A stretch of 31,985 nt of DNA from Octopus sinensis (taxonomy: Eukaryota). The stretch spans positions 1-31,985 of the forward strand of contig NW_021832164.1 in the NCBI RefSeq assembly GCF_006345805.1. Reading direction: 5' to 3'. Under the pieces are notes generated by a model, which was not told where the DNA came from, made no database searches, and saw only the letters and a program-made list of their open reading frames with translations. This document shows positions 1-12,240 of the stretch, piece by piece. The first letter of the stretch is position 1, and every line of letters begins with the position of its first letter. A program made the translations under genes and the position numbers.

Positions 1-10
1 TATAATATAT

Positions 11-54
<44 letters not shown>

Positions 55-411
55 AATTGAAATAGGGGTTGTGAGTGAAACCAACCATGGGATACATGTA
101 TCCAATATACTGCTAGCAAAGCACCCAACAAAGTTAATACAAATGTTAAGAATTGCGATGAATTATATGGGCAAAGGTAAAATGTTTTACACAAATTAAT
201 AATACAAATAGAAAGATGGAGAAATACACCTTAATCAATAATCAACTACCAGATAATACCCAATCTCATAATTTATTAAACCACTACATATGAACATTAA
301 GTTCAAACATAATATATAGAACAAAAACAACGTACATCAATGAGTAATAAGATACAATAAGTACAGTATGTATAAGTGAAATAAATAAATACAAAATATA
401 AATATAACTAC

Positions 412-532
412 ATCTTACAGCTGTTTCAGCCATGCAGATTGGGTGCCTCATTATGCTCATATTAGCCATGTGTGATAGGTTAATATGTAGTTATAAATGA
501 GACACAAAAATATCGAAGGCCTCTTCAGAGAT
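412..532 (-). ncRNA. Minimal type I hammerhead motif with long loop II
   Basis: AUCU-CUGAAGA-GGCC...GGCU-GAAA-CAGCU-GUA/AGAU; stem III is the palindrome ACAGCUGU. Confidence 0.6.
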
Positions 533-662
533 TATGAAGAACAAACTAAATTAAATATGAAAATCAGAGGAGGTACACCCATACAAGAGCGGGTACATAC
601 CCATAATATATAATACAATATATAATATACACAGACATATGAGTGCATATATCCATACTCCT

Positions 663-721
<59 letters not shown>

Positions 722-1086
722 ATATACATATATATAATAATAATATACAGCAATATACATACATATGTTTATATCAAGCTTACAGTTGGTCAAAACATTA
801 TATTAGAATATTACAATATAGAAACATACACATATCTATATTCAAATGCAGATATACAAAGTCCAGAGTTCATTATATTAAGTTACAAAATGCCATTAAT
901 ATTACCATCATTACTATTACCATTGCCACTATTGCTACTAATATCATTGTTATTAATATTATTAATAGCATTAATACCAGCCAAACAATATATGCATCAC
1001 GTGGTTAGCAACATAATAGCAAAAACAACAACAACAACAACAACAATAATACAGTACCATGCAAAGCATTAAGATCGGCAGATACA

Positions 1087-1135
1087 TATGGCCACAGCTC
1101 GTGAGCTGAACTAGATAAATAAAATAAAAAAAATA
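1087..1135 (+). mobile_element. Isolated 3' tail of the same LINE/SINE family
   Basis: atggccacagctcgtgagctgaactagataaataaaata matches LINE end 3363-3412. Confidence 0.7.
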
Positions 1136-1339
1136 AAAACTGAAATAAATAATATATATATATATATATTATATATATATATATATAATATAGATATATA
1201 TATATATAATATATATAAATTATAAATATAAATAAATAATTTTTAATTTTTAACTTTAAATTTTATTTCTATGTTTTGGTTATGTTTTTCACTCTTTGAT
1301 TTGCCTAATAGTGGTTTTGTATCTAATTTAATTTATATT

Positions 1340-1348
1340 TATACATGT

Positions 1349-1433
<85 letters not shown>

Positions 1434-1447
1434 TATATATATAGATG

Positions 1448-1502
<55 letters not shown>

Positions 1503-1520
1503 CATATATATAACATATAT
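1340..1520. repeat. (TA)n microsatellite, representative of many (e.g. 1-52, 3413-3750, 7940-8190, 10850-11130, 27690-28020, 30270-30540, 30815-31488)
   Basis: Direct inspection; source of the spurious YIYI ORFs. Confidence 0.95.
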
Positions 1521-1523
1521 ACG

Positions 1524-3412
1524 GTGCACTGTAGGATAGGGGCCCTCCTTGAAAAGGATGGCACACTCACAGGAAATCCAATGAGGGTAAGTGAAATACT
1601 AAATGAGCAATTCAAGAGTGTTTTCACTCCACCCCTTGGGCATTTCCAAATCAGCAATCCAACTGACTTCTTTACCACTGCAGGTATAATATCAGAGGCA
1701 GCGATGATTGATTACATCAATATAAAGGAAGACAATGTAATAAAGGCTATAGATGAACTGAAAAGAAACTCAGCAACTGGCCCCGATGGATTCCCGGCAA
1801 TCCTTCTAAAAGTATGTAAGAGAGTTCTAGCAAGACCACTGCAGTTCCTCTTTCAGAGCTTCCGTGCAACTGACAAACTTCCAAGAAAACTGAAGGAAGG
1901 TGAAATATGCCCTCTTCATAAAGGAGGTAGCAGAGCGGAGGCCAAGAACTACAGACCTATCTCTCTGACCTCACACATCAGCAAGGTAATGGAACGAATA
2001 GTCAGAAGGAAACTAATCACCTTCCTTGAAGAAAATAGCTTGCTGCCTGACACCCAACATGATTTCCGACCAGGAAGAAGCTGCTTAACTCAACTCCTAC
2101 AACTCTATGACTGGGTGCTGAAACGACTGCTCAACCACTCAAATGTGGAAGTGATATATCTCGACTTTGCAAAGGCCTTTGATAAAGTCGATCATGGAAT
2201 GATATGTCACAAAGTGCGTGATCTTGGCACAGTTGGAAAATTGGGAGAATGGCTTCATGACTTTCTGAAGGATAGAAGTCAGGTGGTAGTAGCCACTTCC
2301 ATTAACACGCAAATAGTGGGTGGTGTTCCGCAGGGCACTGTTTTGGCACCACTACTGTTCATAATGGCCCTCTCAGACATGCCCTCAGCCACGCAGAGAG
2401 CCACGATCACAAGTTATGCAGATGATACAAAAGTTTCACAGGCAATACAGAACCCTGAAGACACTAAGCACCTGCAATGTGAGCTGGACAAAATATACAA
2501 GTGGGCTGAAAAGAATAGCATGCAGTTCAATGCTGAAGAGTTTCAAGCTTTATGCTATCAGCATACAAAACTAAATGCAATACACAATGAATACACTGGA
2601 CATGGAGGGATTGCAATCCCAGAGGCATAATCAGTGCGTGACCTGTGTATTTACATGAGTGATGACGAAACCTTCCATGTGCATGTTGCTAAATTGACAA
2701 TGAAATGTAGACGGTTGGCCGGATGGATTCTTAGAACCTTTAGAACAAGAGACCAGGAAACCATGATGGTCCTCTGGAGGACACTTGTCCTAAGCCACTT
2801 TGACTATTGCTTCAGCTATGATCACCTTCCAGTGTCAAGTTGATCACAGAACTTGAGGCGATCCAACGAAGCTACACGAAGAAGATAGCCTCTGTGCAGC
2901 ATATAAGCTACTGGGAAAGACTCAAGAGATTTAAAACACTATTCCTTGGAGCGTAGGCGAGAAAGATATGCCATAATATACATCTGGAAGATCCTGGAAG
3001 GACTTGTCCCAAACTTTGGCATCGAGAGTTACACAAATGCCAGAACTGGGCGCCACTGCATGGTGCCAAGGACTCCAAATTTGCCATCAAGATCTAGGAC
3101 AAGATACTGTGATAGCCTGGGCTTCAGAGGCCCACAGCTCTTCAATATCCCCCCGAAGAACCTAAGAGACCTGCATGGGTGAATGCAGATGTCTTAAAAT
3201 AAAACTGGATCTTTCTGTCAGGTGTCCCAGATGAACCAACTTCACGACAGGAGGTGCAAATGAGGGCAGCTGCATCGAACTCTCTCATGCCACCAAATGC
3301 CAGTTGCTAAAAAGCATTCGTGAAGTAAAATCATGTAGCAACACCAAACGGCGGTGACCCAGCATGGCCACTGCTCGTGAGCTGAAACTAGATGAAATAA
3401 AATAAAATAAAA
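1524..3412 (+). mobile_element. 5'-truncated, decayed CR1/L2-group non-LTR retrotransposon (RT domain, C-terminus, 3' UTR)
   Basis: ORF 1524-2630 has GPDGFP, NYRPISLTS, YLDFAKAFDKVDH, GVPQGTVLAP and SYADDTK; in-frame stop then frameshifted continuation (LERRRERY...WKILEGLVPN); ends in an (AAATA)n tail. Confidence 0.92.
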
Positions 3413-3662
3413 AATATAAATACATATATATAGATAGATATAAATATATATATACATATATATATATACATATATACATATATAGACGTATATATATATA
3501 AATATATATATATACATATATACATATAAATGTATATATATATACATATATATAAATAGATGTAGGAGGAATTAGTTAAGCACTCCACTAACGCACCCAC
3601 AGACAAAATTTCCCACATATGTAATAGATGCATGTGTGCATATATATATATATATATACATG

Positions 3663-3696
<34 letters not shown>

Positions 3697-3764
3697 CATA
3701 CATATATATATATATACATATACATATATAATATATATATATATATAGGTAAACAGTAAAAATA

Positions 3765-4165
3765 ATTACAGACATGGACAAGAACATGAAACACCACAGA
3801 GACGACACAAGAACCACAGGACGGGACATTCGAAGCCCTCAGTCATCAGTCAAGAACCAGATCATCTTAGCAATTTCGGCTGATTAATCTTGAGATTGCT
3901 CCGATATGGCCAGCCCGCCAAGGGAAATCTAAGCAAGCGCATTAATCCCCTGGAAGAAAGCTTCGAATGTATACCATGAGGACGGAAAACGAACGAAGTA
4001 CACGAACAAAAATACAGAATACGTGACACAATAAGAATACAAAAACGTAAAAACAATAACGGTAAAAATAAAAAATAAACAACAAAACAAAACCAGGACG
4101 TAGGACAAGGGTCTTTCGACAGGACGAGTTGAGTATGGGGCTGGCTTGTGAAGTTGTGCCTAATG
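3765..4165 (-). mobile_element. Dispersed non-coding repeat (probably PLE-related) carrying a permuted hammerhead-like motif; copy 1
   Basis: Homologous to 11130-11255 and 28838-29180; contains inverted repeat cattcgaagc (3827-3836) / gcttcgaatg (3960-3969). Confidence 0.7.
3834..3899 (-). ncRNA. Candidate non-circularly permuted hammerhead ribozyme
   Basis: Minus strand GCAA-UC/UCAAGA-uuaauc-AGCC-GAAA-UUGC-(14 nt)-UCUUGA-CUGAUGA-cugag-GGCU; all three stems pair but strand order is non-canonical. Confidence 0.5.
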
Positions 4166-5107
4166 GCCGCAGGGAGACGAACAAATACGTGTTGCTTCTG
4201 CGACTGCTGAAACGAAATATATATATATATACATACATATACATATATATACATGTATATACATATATATATACATGTACATATATATATATATGTAAAT
4301 ATATATAAATATATATACATATATATAAATATATATATAGAGAGATATATATAAATATATATATATACTTCCGGTTTCATAGGGGAAAGACGTGTTTGCT
4401 TTGCTCTGTAATAAAAACAAAAAGGTTTGCATAAATCGATGAAATAATCTGCTAAAACTGATAAGAAAACGTAGAACTTGCTATCTCATAGCGGTCTACT
4501 TGGATATATTAGTTAAAAACCGCAATATATTTCGCTTCAAGCCAAATATAATACACTAAAGTTAATTACGTGCGCAAGATTTCCCGTCGAAAAAGCACGT
4601 GGTGACATCTCATAAGTTTATTTCCAATCGACAGTAACAAGCAAAAAGAACTGTTTTCTTTTCTTTTTTGAATGAAAACTTCTTCGTATAGAGACACGAA
4701 TTTGGGGCTTCTACCTCTTGTAAGATAAGTAGCCCTTTTCATTTGTTTAATTCCCTGTAATTCAATGTAACGTCTGAGTTAGGACCTATTCTCTGTTTAC
4801 ATTCTGTTAATAATCTTTCAATTTCTGTTTCAGCGCCCGCTTCGTTTTTCTCAATACATCTCTTTAAAATTATTCAATTTTAGATAGGTATATATTTATT
4901 TGTTGTTTTATTTATATATATATATTTGCTCACCCTCTCAATCTTCCTAAATATATAGACGCGAACATTAGAAACATAGTCGTAATTAGTTCAGAAGAAA
5001 CTTTCGTAGCTACGGGTAGATAGATATTTATAATTAGCTTAGAAGAGAACTTTCGTAGCTGCAGATAGATCTATATTTATTTGTTGCATAACCTACTCTC
5101 TTTCATT

Positions 5108-5138
<31 letters not shown>

Positions 5139-5389
5139 TCACTTCTCTCCTTCACACTTCTTTCTTTGTCTCTTCACTTCTCTCTGTCACACCATCTTTC
5201 CCCTCTCTGCCTCTCAATCTTTCTAAATATATAGACTCGAACATTCTCCTCTCACTCTCTCCTACTCTCTTCTCTCTGCTCTCAATCTCTCCAAATACAT
5301 AGACACTTTCTTTCTCTATTTGTTCTCTACCCTCTATCACACTGTTAAAATTTAAATATAATTAGATAGATATATAAATAAAATATCCA

Positions 5390-6165
5390 AAAAAGGTGTC
5401 CAGGACCTGGAGGAGCATGGAATTGGCATTGTTCTTGAGAGCCTGGTGATGCGATGACGGAGAAAATCCGAACAACACAATTACAGCTGCGCTGAAGAGC
5501 AATGGTTACACAAGGACGTTAGCACAGATAGAGCGAAAGAAGCAGGAGTTTATACGCTCCTATGCACTCATAAGATCCCACATCAGCACGCTTGATACCA
5601 TCTTTGACAACGAACAAATCAAAGATGACAAGGTTGGAGGCACGGATGTAGATGAAAGTCGCCACCCCACTTGGTAGACACCCAGGACAACAAAGAAGAT
5701 TCAAGTGAGAAACCTGCCCGGGAATTAAACCCAAGTGCAATTGCCCCTACCAGCATCAAAAGCCAAAACCATGGAGATGAAAGAGCCAAAAAAGAAGTAA
5801 AAGGAGGAAAAAACTAAAAGAAAAACAAAGCCAAAAGATGAAACAGCCAAAGATAGAAGCAAACCTGACTATCCACATACCAAAAAGGATAGAAAGAGAC
5901 AGCACACACGAATGTGTAAATTCTACCTGGAAGGTGTCTACTGGCATGGAGAAGAAGGTCCTTTTGTCATACTCAAATTTGGTGTGTGACACACTAATTG
6001 TACATATAAGGCAACTTGGTGTAGTTATATGTGCTACATATCGCCCTCCAGATGCTCCAAGCCGTGTAGGTAAGTTTGAAGACTGCCTTACAAAAATAGA
6101 AGTTCTAGTCACATTAGAACAACACATAAGTGTACTTCTTATGGGAGACTTCAACCTGCCCAATG
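5390..6165 (+). mobile_element. CR1-group LINE 5' fragment: ORF1-like region joined by an internal deletion to the APE endonuclease
   Basis: CKFYLEGVYWHGEEG (decayed CCCH-like) ends ~5958, followed by ATYRPP...LMGDFNLP (APE motifs) in ORF 5838-6188. Confidence 0.75.
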
Positions 6166-7562
6166 AATATAGATTAATAGATAGTTAATAATTTTGAATG
6201 TGTAGGATAATAATTTTTTTTCTTTATGTAATATTTATTTATAATGATAATATGTACTTTATTTATTCAATTAAGGAACGAAGTATTTTATCTAAATATA
6301 AATCAGTTTACCAATATAAGTTTAATTTATTATTATTTAGCATTTGTTTTGAGTATTAATATGATATATAATATATATTTATTTATACTACAGTTAAGTT
6401 CATAATTTGTAATAAATTTGTTAAATAAATCAAAATGTATTTATTATATATTTCGAAGTAGATTTATTTAGATGTTTATTTAATTAATTAATATTATATT
6501 AATGAACTTTATTACAATATAGTTTTAAATTAATTTAGTTTATTAATTAGTGGTCATAATATAGATAATGTTTGAATTACTACTGAGTTAATTTTGAATG
6601 TTTCTAAATGTTATTTTATTTAAATAAAGGTTTGACTCCAACGTAACCTTTTTATATAAAATTAATTAATATTTATAAAATATTTAGAGTATATACAGTA
6701 ATTGATAGTTATATAAATTATTTAATTTATAGAGTTTTGAGTATGATTTTGAGTATGATTCCGTTTTAAAATTTTAGTTAATGACACGGTTTTTGAAAGC
6801 TAAGTAAACCTTTTCTATTTAAGATATTTTAAGAAGTTTTATCCTATTGCATTGTATACTATATAACTTCTGATTGTTAATTTGATTCTATAATTATTTA
6901 GTTGTTGATGATATGTATTTAATTATTAGATTATAACTGTACGTAATTTGTAAGATATTACTTAGTCTTTGAGGTATAAAGATCGTAAAATATTTATACG
7001 GTACTTTTAAGATAGGTTGTAGTTTTTAATTTGATTTTTAATTTTTAAATGTATTTCATAAATATATTATATTGATATTTATAATATTTATGTAAGTAAT
7101 AATGGACTAATTAATTTATTTATATTTCATTAAATGTCTATACAATTATTGATGGAGTAAATTTTAGATTTTAATTACTATATTTATTGATCATAATTTA
7201 GATACTTACTTTAAAATATTTTATAATTATTAGATGTGAACTTAAATCTAAAAATATGAATAATGATTTTGTTAAGTAATTTGGTATTCAAATATTGGAC
7301 TATAACTGAGTAAAGGATATTCGAGAGTTTATTGTTTTTTTAAAGCCATATTATATCTTCATAGATAAATACATATTTCTATCTATTTTTTTACCTTAAA
7401 AATAAATATTTAACATAATAAATGGGTTTTAAGAAATAATCCTAATGTTTTAAGTTTCTAATTTAGATAATGGAGTTTTTTCTATAAGGAAAATTATTAT
7501 TTTATTTATTTTTTACAAAATATTGTTGAACTCTATTTGCTTATTTATTTAACTATTATCAT

Positions 7563-7661
7563 TAACCTGAAGATTGAATATAATTTTAATTCGAATTTTC
7601 AATTGAATTTAAACTTAATTGTACTTCGAATTTAATTATAGCCATGAAACATACGTAGTGT
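7563..7661 (+). ncRNA. Decayed type I hammerhead, same family as 12123-12240
   Basis: taac-CTGAAGA...tatagccat-GAAAC-atac-GTA; stem II 5' strand eroded; followed by the same 3' tail family (to ~7940). Confidence 0.4.
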
Positions 7662-7955
7662 TTTTACTTATTATATTATATTTATCATTCATTTTATACT
7701 TTTTGAAAAAATATAAATATATATATATATGTATATATAGAGATATTATATATTATAATAATTATTTTATTATTTGTTATATTATTTGTTATTTATGTAT
7801 TGGTTTATGCCTATCACTGTTTGAGTTGCATAATAGTGGTTTTATCTCATATTTTATATTTTATACTGTGAAATTTGATTTAATACTAAATTCAATTTTT
7901 CTCCTTAAGTTTGGAGCTATACTCCCTAATATTATTATTATGCACACACACACAC

Positions 7956-7999
<44 letters not shown>

Positions 8000-8119
8000 T
8001 ATATATATATATATATAAGTATATATGTATATATATAGGTATATATATATATGTATGCATGTATATATATATATATAGTATATGTATATATATATATATA
8101 TAGGTATGTATATATGTGT

Positions 8120-8157
<38 letters not shown>

Positions 8158-8506
8158 GTATGTATGTGTATGTATGTATATGAGTGTGTGTGTAGGTTAA
8201 TATAGTTACGAAATAATGAAATAACGAAGCGAAACAGTCGATTACAATTTTTATTCAAGGTTTTTATTACATTTCTATACATGAAATAAACTTTAGATAC
8301 GGAAGTTTTCAATTCATAAGGTAAATTGTATATTTATTAAGGAAACCATCAATTTGTGAGAATTATTAACGTAACGTGAGGCTTGCAGTTAAAGATTGTG
8401 TGTGTATCTGTGCGTGCATATATTTATGAGTGTATGTATATGTGTATTTATGTGTTTTGATACAGGTCCCAAATTCTCAACGCTTGTTAAGAACTGAATA
8501 TTTTTT

Positions 8507-8698
8507 TTATTCCATATCAAACAGTAAATTTATGTCCCTAATCAGAGTTTCCTTCGTCTCTTCCCTCAGATTCTTGATATACTCATCGTTGGGTTTATAT
8601 CTGGCGTAGTTGAACCGGCAGAGGACCCCGCACGATCCATGTTCAATAATTATGATACGCAGCGACTCTCTGTAAGCAATGAGCTGAACAGTAAACAC
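8507..8698 (-). CDS. Terminal coding exon of an uncharacterised host gene (VFTVQLIAYRES...LLFDME*)
   Basis: Acceptor tttattttag|GTG in phase 0, open frame of non-repetitive protein to TAA, AATAAA overlapping the stop; phase matches the upstream exon ending NPFFM. Confidence 0.75.
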   Translation of the reverse strand: MFTVQLIAYRESLRIIIIEHGSCGVLCRFNYARYKPNDEYIKNLREETKETLIRDINLLFDME

Positions 8699-8812
8699 CT
8701 AAAATAAATATATACAACGGAAACATGGTGAGTAATAAGAAAAATACAGGAGTTTGATGCACGTAGACAACAGGCTCTTTGTGTAAGGACTATGTGATAA
8801 AAGTGTCGGTTT

Positions 8813-9643
8813 AGGCGAGCTGGCAGAAACGTCAGCACGCCGGGCGAAATGCTTTGCGGTATTTCGTCTGCCGTTACGTTCTGAGTTCAAATAACGCCGA
8901 GGTCGACTTTGCCTTTTATCCTTTCGGGGTCGATAAATCAAGTAGCAGTTACGCACTGGGGTCGATATAATCGACTTGATCCGTTGTCGATTTGATCCCT
9001 CTGTGTTTTAGCCCCCTGCGGGTAGTAAAGAAATAAGAAAAGTTAGCACGCAGGTGGAAAGGCTTAACGGTATTTCGTCTGTAGTTATGTTCGAAGTTCA
9101 AATTCCGCCGAGGTCGACTTTGTCATTCATCATTCGTGGTCGATAAATTAAGTAGCAGTTTCGTACTGGGGCGATGTTATCGACCGGTCCCTCCCCCAAT
9201 ATTGCGGGCCTTGTGCCTAGATTAAAAAAGTTTAAAGGCGGCGAGCTGGCAGAAACGCTGGGCGAAATGCTTAGTGGTATTTCGTCTGCCGCTACGTTTT
9301 GAGTTCAAATTCCGCCGAGGTCAACTTTGCCTTTCACCTTTCGGGGTCGATTAAATAAGTACCAGTTACGCACTGGGGTCGATATAATCGACTTAATCCG
9401 TTTGTCTGTCCTTGTTTGTCCACTCTGTGTGTAGCCCCTTGTGGGTAGTAAAGAAATAGGTATTTCGTCTGCCATTACGTTCTGAGTTCAAATTCCGCCA
9501 AGGTTGACTTTGCCTTTTATACTTTCGGGGTTGATTAAATACGTACCAGTTACGCACTGGGGTCGATGTAATCGACTGAATCTATTTGTCTGTCCTCTTT
9601 TGCCCCCTCTCTGTTTAGCCCCCTGTGGGCAACAAAGAAATAA
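8813..9643 (+). mobile_element. Cluster of four head-to-tail tRNA-derived SINE copies/fragments (family 1)
   Basis: Recurrent gagctggcagaa...gagttcaaattccgccgaggtcgac (B-box-like) ...gggtagtaaagaaatagg at ~8813-9037, 9041-9228, 9237-9460, 9461-9643. Confidence 0.85.
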
Positions 9644-9650
9644 ATATATA

Positions 9651-10115
9651 GGTGTAGGCATGGCCATGTGTTATGCAGCTTGTTGCATGATCTCTGGGGT
9701 TAGTTCCACTGCGTGGCACGTTGGGTAAGTGTCTTCCACTAAAGCCCTGATCCGATTGAAGTGCGTTTGGTGGAACTGAAAGAAACCAGTCATAAATAGT
9801 TATTATATAATGACTCTGTGTGTGTGTGTGTGTGTGTGTTTGTGTGTGTGTGTATATATGTATGAATGTACGTTCGTGTGTATGTATGTATGTATGTATG
9901 TGTGTATATTTGTATGTATATGTTTGCCCTCAACATCATTCGACAACTGATGCTGGTGTGTTTACGTCCCCGTAACCTAGCGGTTCGGCACAAGACACCG
10001 ATAGAATAAGTAATAGGCTTACAAAGAATAATTCCTGGGATCGATTTACTGGACTAAATGCAGTGCTCCAGTTTGGTCACAGTCAAAATGACTGAAACAA
10101 ATGAAAGAAAAAAGA
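9651..10115 (+). mobile_element. tRNA-derived SINE (family 2), diverged
   Basis: Matches 12561-12968; central (TG)n and 3' agtca-aaa-tgactgaaac tail; a further partial copy follows at ~10130-10320. Confidence 0.75.
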
Positions 10116-10609
10116 ATATATATGTATGTGTTTGTGTGTTTGTGTGTATGTATCATTTTGTTTGTGTTGTATTTGTCCCCGACGACAACTGGTGTTGGCT
10201 TGATTACAAGCCAACTTAGCGGTTCGGCAGAAAGATTTAAAAAAGATGCGGTCGATCTTTTCGACAATGCATTTCAAGGTGATGCCCCTGGTTGGTCGTA
10301 GCCCAGTGACTGAAAGAGGTAAATGTTAAGCAGAGAAACAGATGTCGAATACTAAAAATAGAAATTTCCGCACCAGAGAGAGGGGGAGGAGAGTGATTGT
10401 GGAAGAGAGAAAGAGTGACGATGGGAGAGAGAAAGAGGGAGAGAAAAGGAGAGAGAGAAGGATAGAGCGTGTGAGAAGGAGAGGGTGGCAGGGAGGGAGA
10501 GAGAGATAGTGGGATAGAAGGATAGGGAGAGGGAGGAGGATGAGAGAGGTTGAGAGGAAGAGAGAAGGAGAGTGAGAGAGAGAGAGAAAGAGACAGAAAA
10601 CCTACTTAC

Positions 10610-10822
10610 CATGAAGAAAGGATTCATGATATCAGGAAATCGTATGATGGCTAAGTCCATCAAAGCTCTATGTTTTTTGTCCAAACCAATGAGAGCGTTA
10701 GAAACGGTGATTTTTTCTCCCTTCGCAGCAAAATTTGCTAATTTGGTAATATTAATGTTCATCTCGTGCAAGATGTAATAGTTTCTTACAAGTCTCTCGA
10801 ACCAAACCTCAATCATAAATGC
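10610..10822 (-). CDS. Internal coding exon of host gene (AFMIEVWFERLVRNYYILHE...FPDIMNPFFM, 71 codons)
   Basis: Acceptor ttactttccag|GCA, donor ATG|gtaagt, 213 nt, phase 0-0, no stops. Confidence 0.8.
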
Positions 10823-10863
10823 CTGGAAAGTAAGTTAACAACATAAGTATATATATTTTTATA

Positions 10864-10977
<114 letters not shown>

Positions 10978-11067
10978 GTATAAATAAATATATATATATT
11001 ATAAATATATATATATATTATATATATATATATGTGTATATGAATATATATATATATATATAATATA

Positions 11068-11109
<42 letters not shown>

Positions 11110-11129
11110 AAATATGTGTATATATAGGC

Positions 11130-11255
11130 ATAAAAATTATATATAAAGAAACAAGAACGTGAAATACACAGAAGACAGACGGGTCATTCGAGCCTTTAAT
11201 CTTCAGTCAGAAACCGGATCATCATAGCAAATTTCGGCTGATTAATTCTGATATA
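11130..11255 (-). mobile_element. Partial copy 2 of the permuted-HHR repeat
   Basis: Same motif order at 11191-11251; stem I reads UCAGAA/UUCUGA; cleavage-site strand diverged. Confidence 0.6.
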
Positions 11256-11267
11256 CATTTCTGTATT

Positions 11268-11624
11268 GCCCACAGGAGGCTAAGCACAGAGAGGACAAAC
11301 AAGGACAGACTAAAGGATTAAGTCGATTACATCGACACCAGTGTGTAACTGGTACTTAGTTAATCGACTCCGAAAGGATGAAAGCAAAGTCGACCACGGC
11401 GGAATTTGAACTGAGAACGTAACGGCAGACGAAATACCTATTTCATTACTACCCACAAGGGGCTAAACACAGTCGGCGAGGTCGACTCTGCCTTTTCATC
11501 CTTTCGGGGTCGATAAATTAAGTACCAGTTACGCACTGGGGTCTATGTAATTGTCTCAATCCGTTTGTCTGTCCTTGTTTGTCCCCTCTTTGTTTAGCCC
11601 CTTGTGGGTAGTAAAGAAACAGGT
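11268..11624. mobile_element. Inverted pair of family 1 SINE fragments
   Basis: Minus copy 11268-11470 abutting plus copy 11473-11624. Confidence 0.8.
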
Positions 11625-11669
11625 AACTCAGGTTTGAATCCTGGTCACGGCAACCTCCTTATAATTTTA

Positions 11670-11860
11670 GGCGCAGGAGTGATTGTGTGGTAAGAAGCTT
11701 GCTTCCCAAACACATGGATCTGGGTTCAGTCCCCCTGCGTGCCACCTTGGGCAAGCATCTTCTATTATAGCTTCGGGGATCCGACAAAAGCTTTGTGAGT
11801 GAAATTGGTAGGGGGAAACTGAAAGACGCCCATCGTATACACATACAGAGACACACACAT
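11670..11860 (+). mobile_element. 5' half of family 2 SINE
   Basis: ggcgcaggagtg...gggttcagtcc (B-box-like)...ggaaactgaaag. Confidence 0.8.
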
Positions 11861-11886
11861 ATATGTATATATATGTATGTACGTAT

Positions 11887-12240
11887 ATAATAATAATTTG
11901 AGGGAATATTATTCCAAACTTGAAGGGAAAAAATCAAATTTCACAAAATATAATATATATATAAATTAGAAAAAAACCCACCTTTTATCAATTCAAAATG
12001 AAAAATTAAATTACACCATCTAGAAAATTACATGTAATAGAAATATTAAATATAAGATAAACAATATACCGATGATTAAGTAATGTGCAAAATAATAAAT
12101 AAAATGTATATATTTGGTAGAATAACGACACGTGTTTCGTGGCTATATTTAAGAAATGATTATAGTAAAAATATTGGTAGTAGTAGTAGTAGTAGTAGTA
12201 GTAAATCACTTCAATATAAATATAGCCACTCATCAGGTTA
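11887..12240 (-). mobile_element. Non-autonomous repeat: hammerhead plus ~230-bp AT-rich 3' tail
   Basis: Tail homologous to ~7780-7940, ~18890-19050, ~21585-21760 and ~28050; HHR at its 5' side. Confidence 0.6.
12123..12240 (-). ncRNA. Type I hammerhead ribozyme, intact core
   Basis: UAAC-CUGAUGA-GUGGCUAUAUUUA...UAAAUAUAGCCAC-GAAA-CACGU-GUC/GUUA; 13-bp stem II, palindromic stem III ACACGUGU. Confidence 0.75.

Noticed and set aside
1339-1566. Numerous YIYI/IYIY, poly-I, poly-L and poly-T ORFs in the supplied track
   Set aside because: Translations of (TA)n, (TG)n, (ATT)n and (ACT)n microsatellites, not genes.
4368-4700. Promoter-like unique stretch (CTTCCGG, CACGTG, GTGCGCA)
   Set aside because: Short motifs expected by chance; no adjacent first exon could be supported.
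6170-7560. Possible NUMT or ciliate-code (TAA/TAG=Gln) gene in AT-rich blocks
   Set aside because: No recognisable mitochondrial gene, rRNA or tRNA. In the ~120 codons tallied, G/C was evenly spread over codon positions, and TGA stops occur. Stop frequencies fit base composition.
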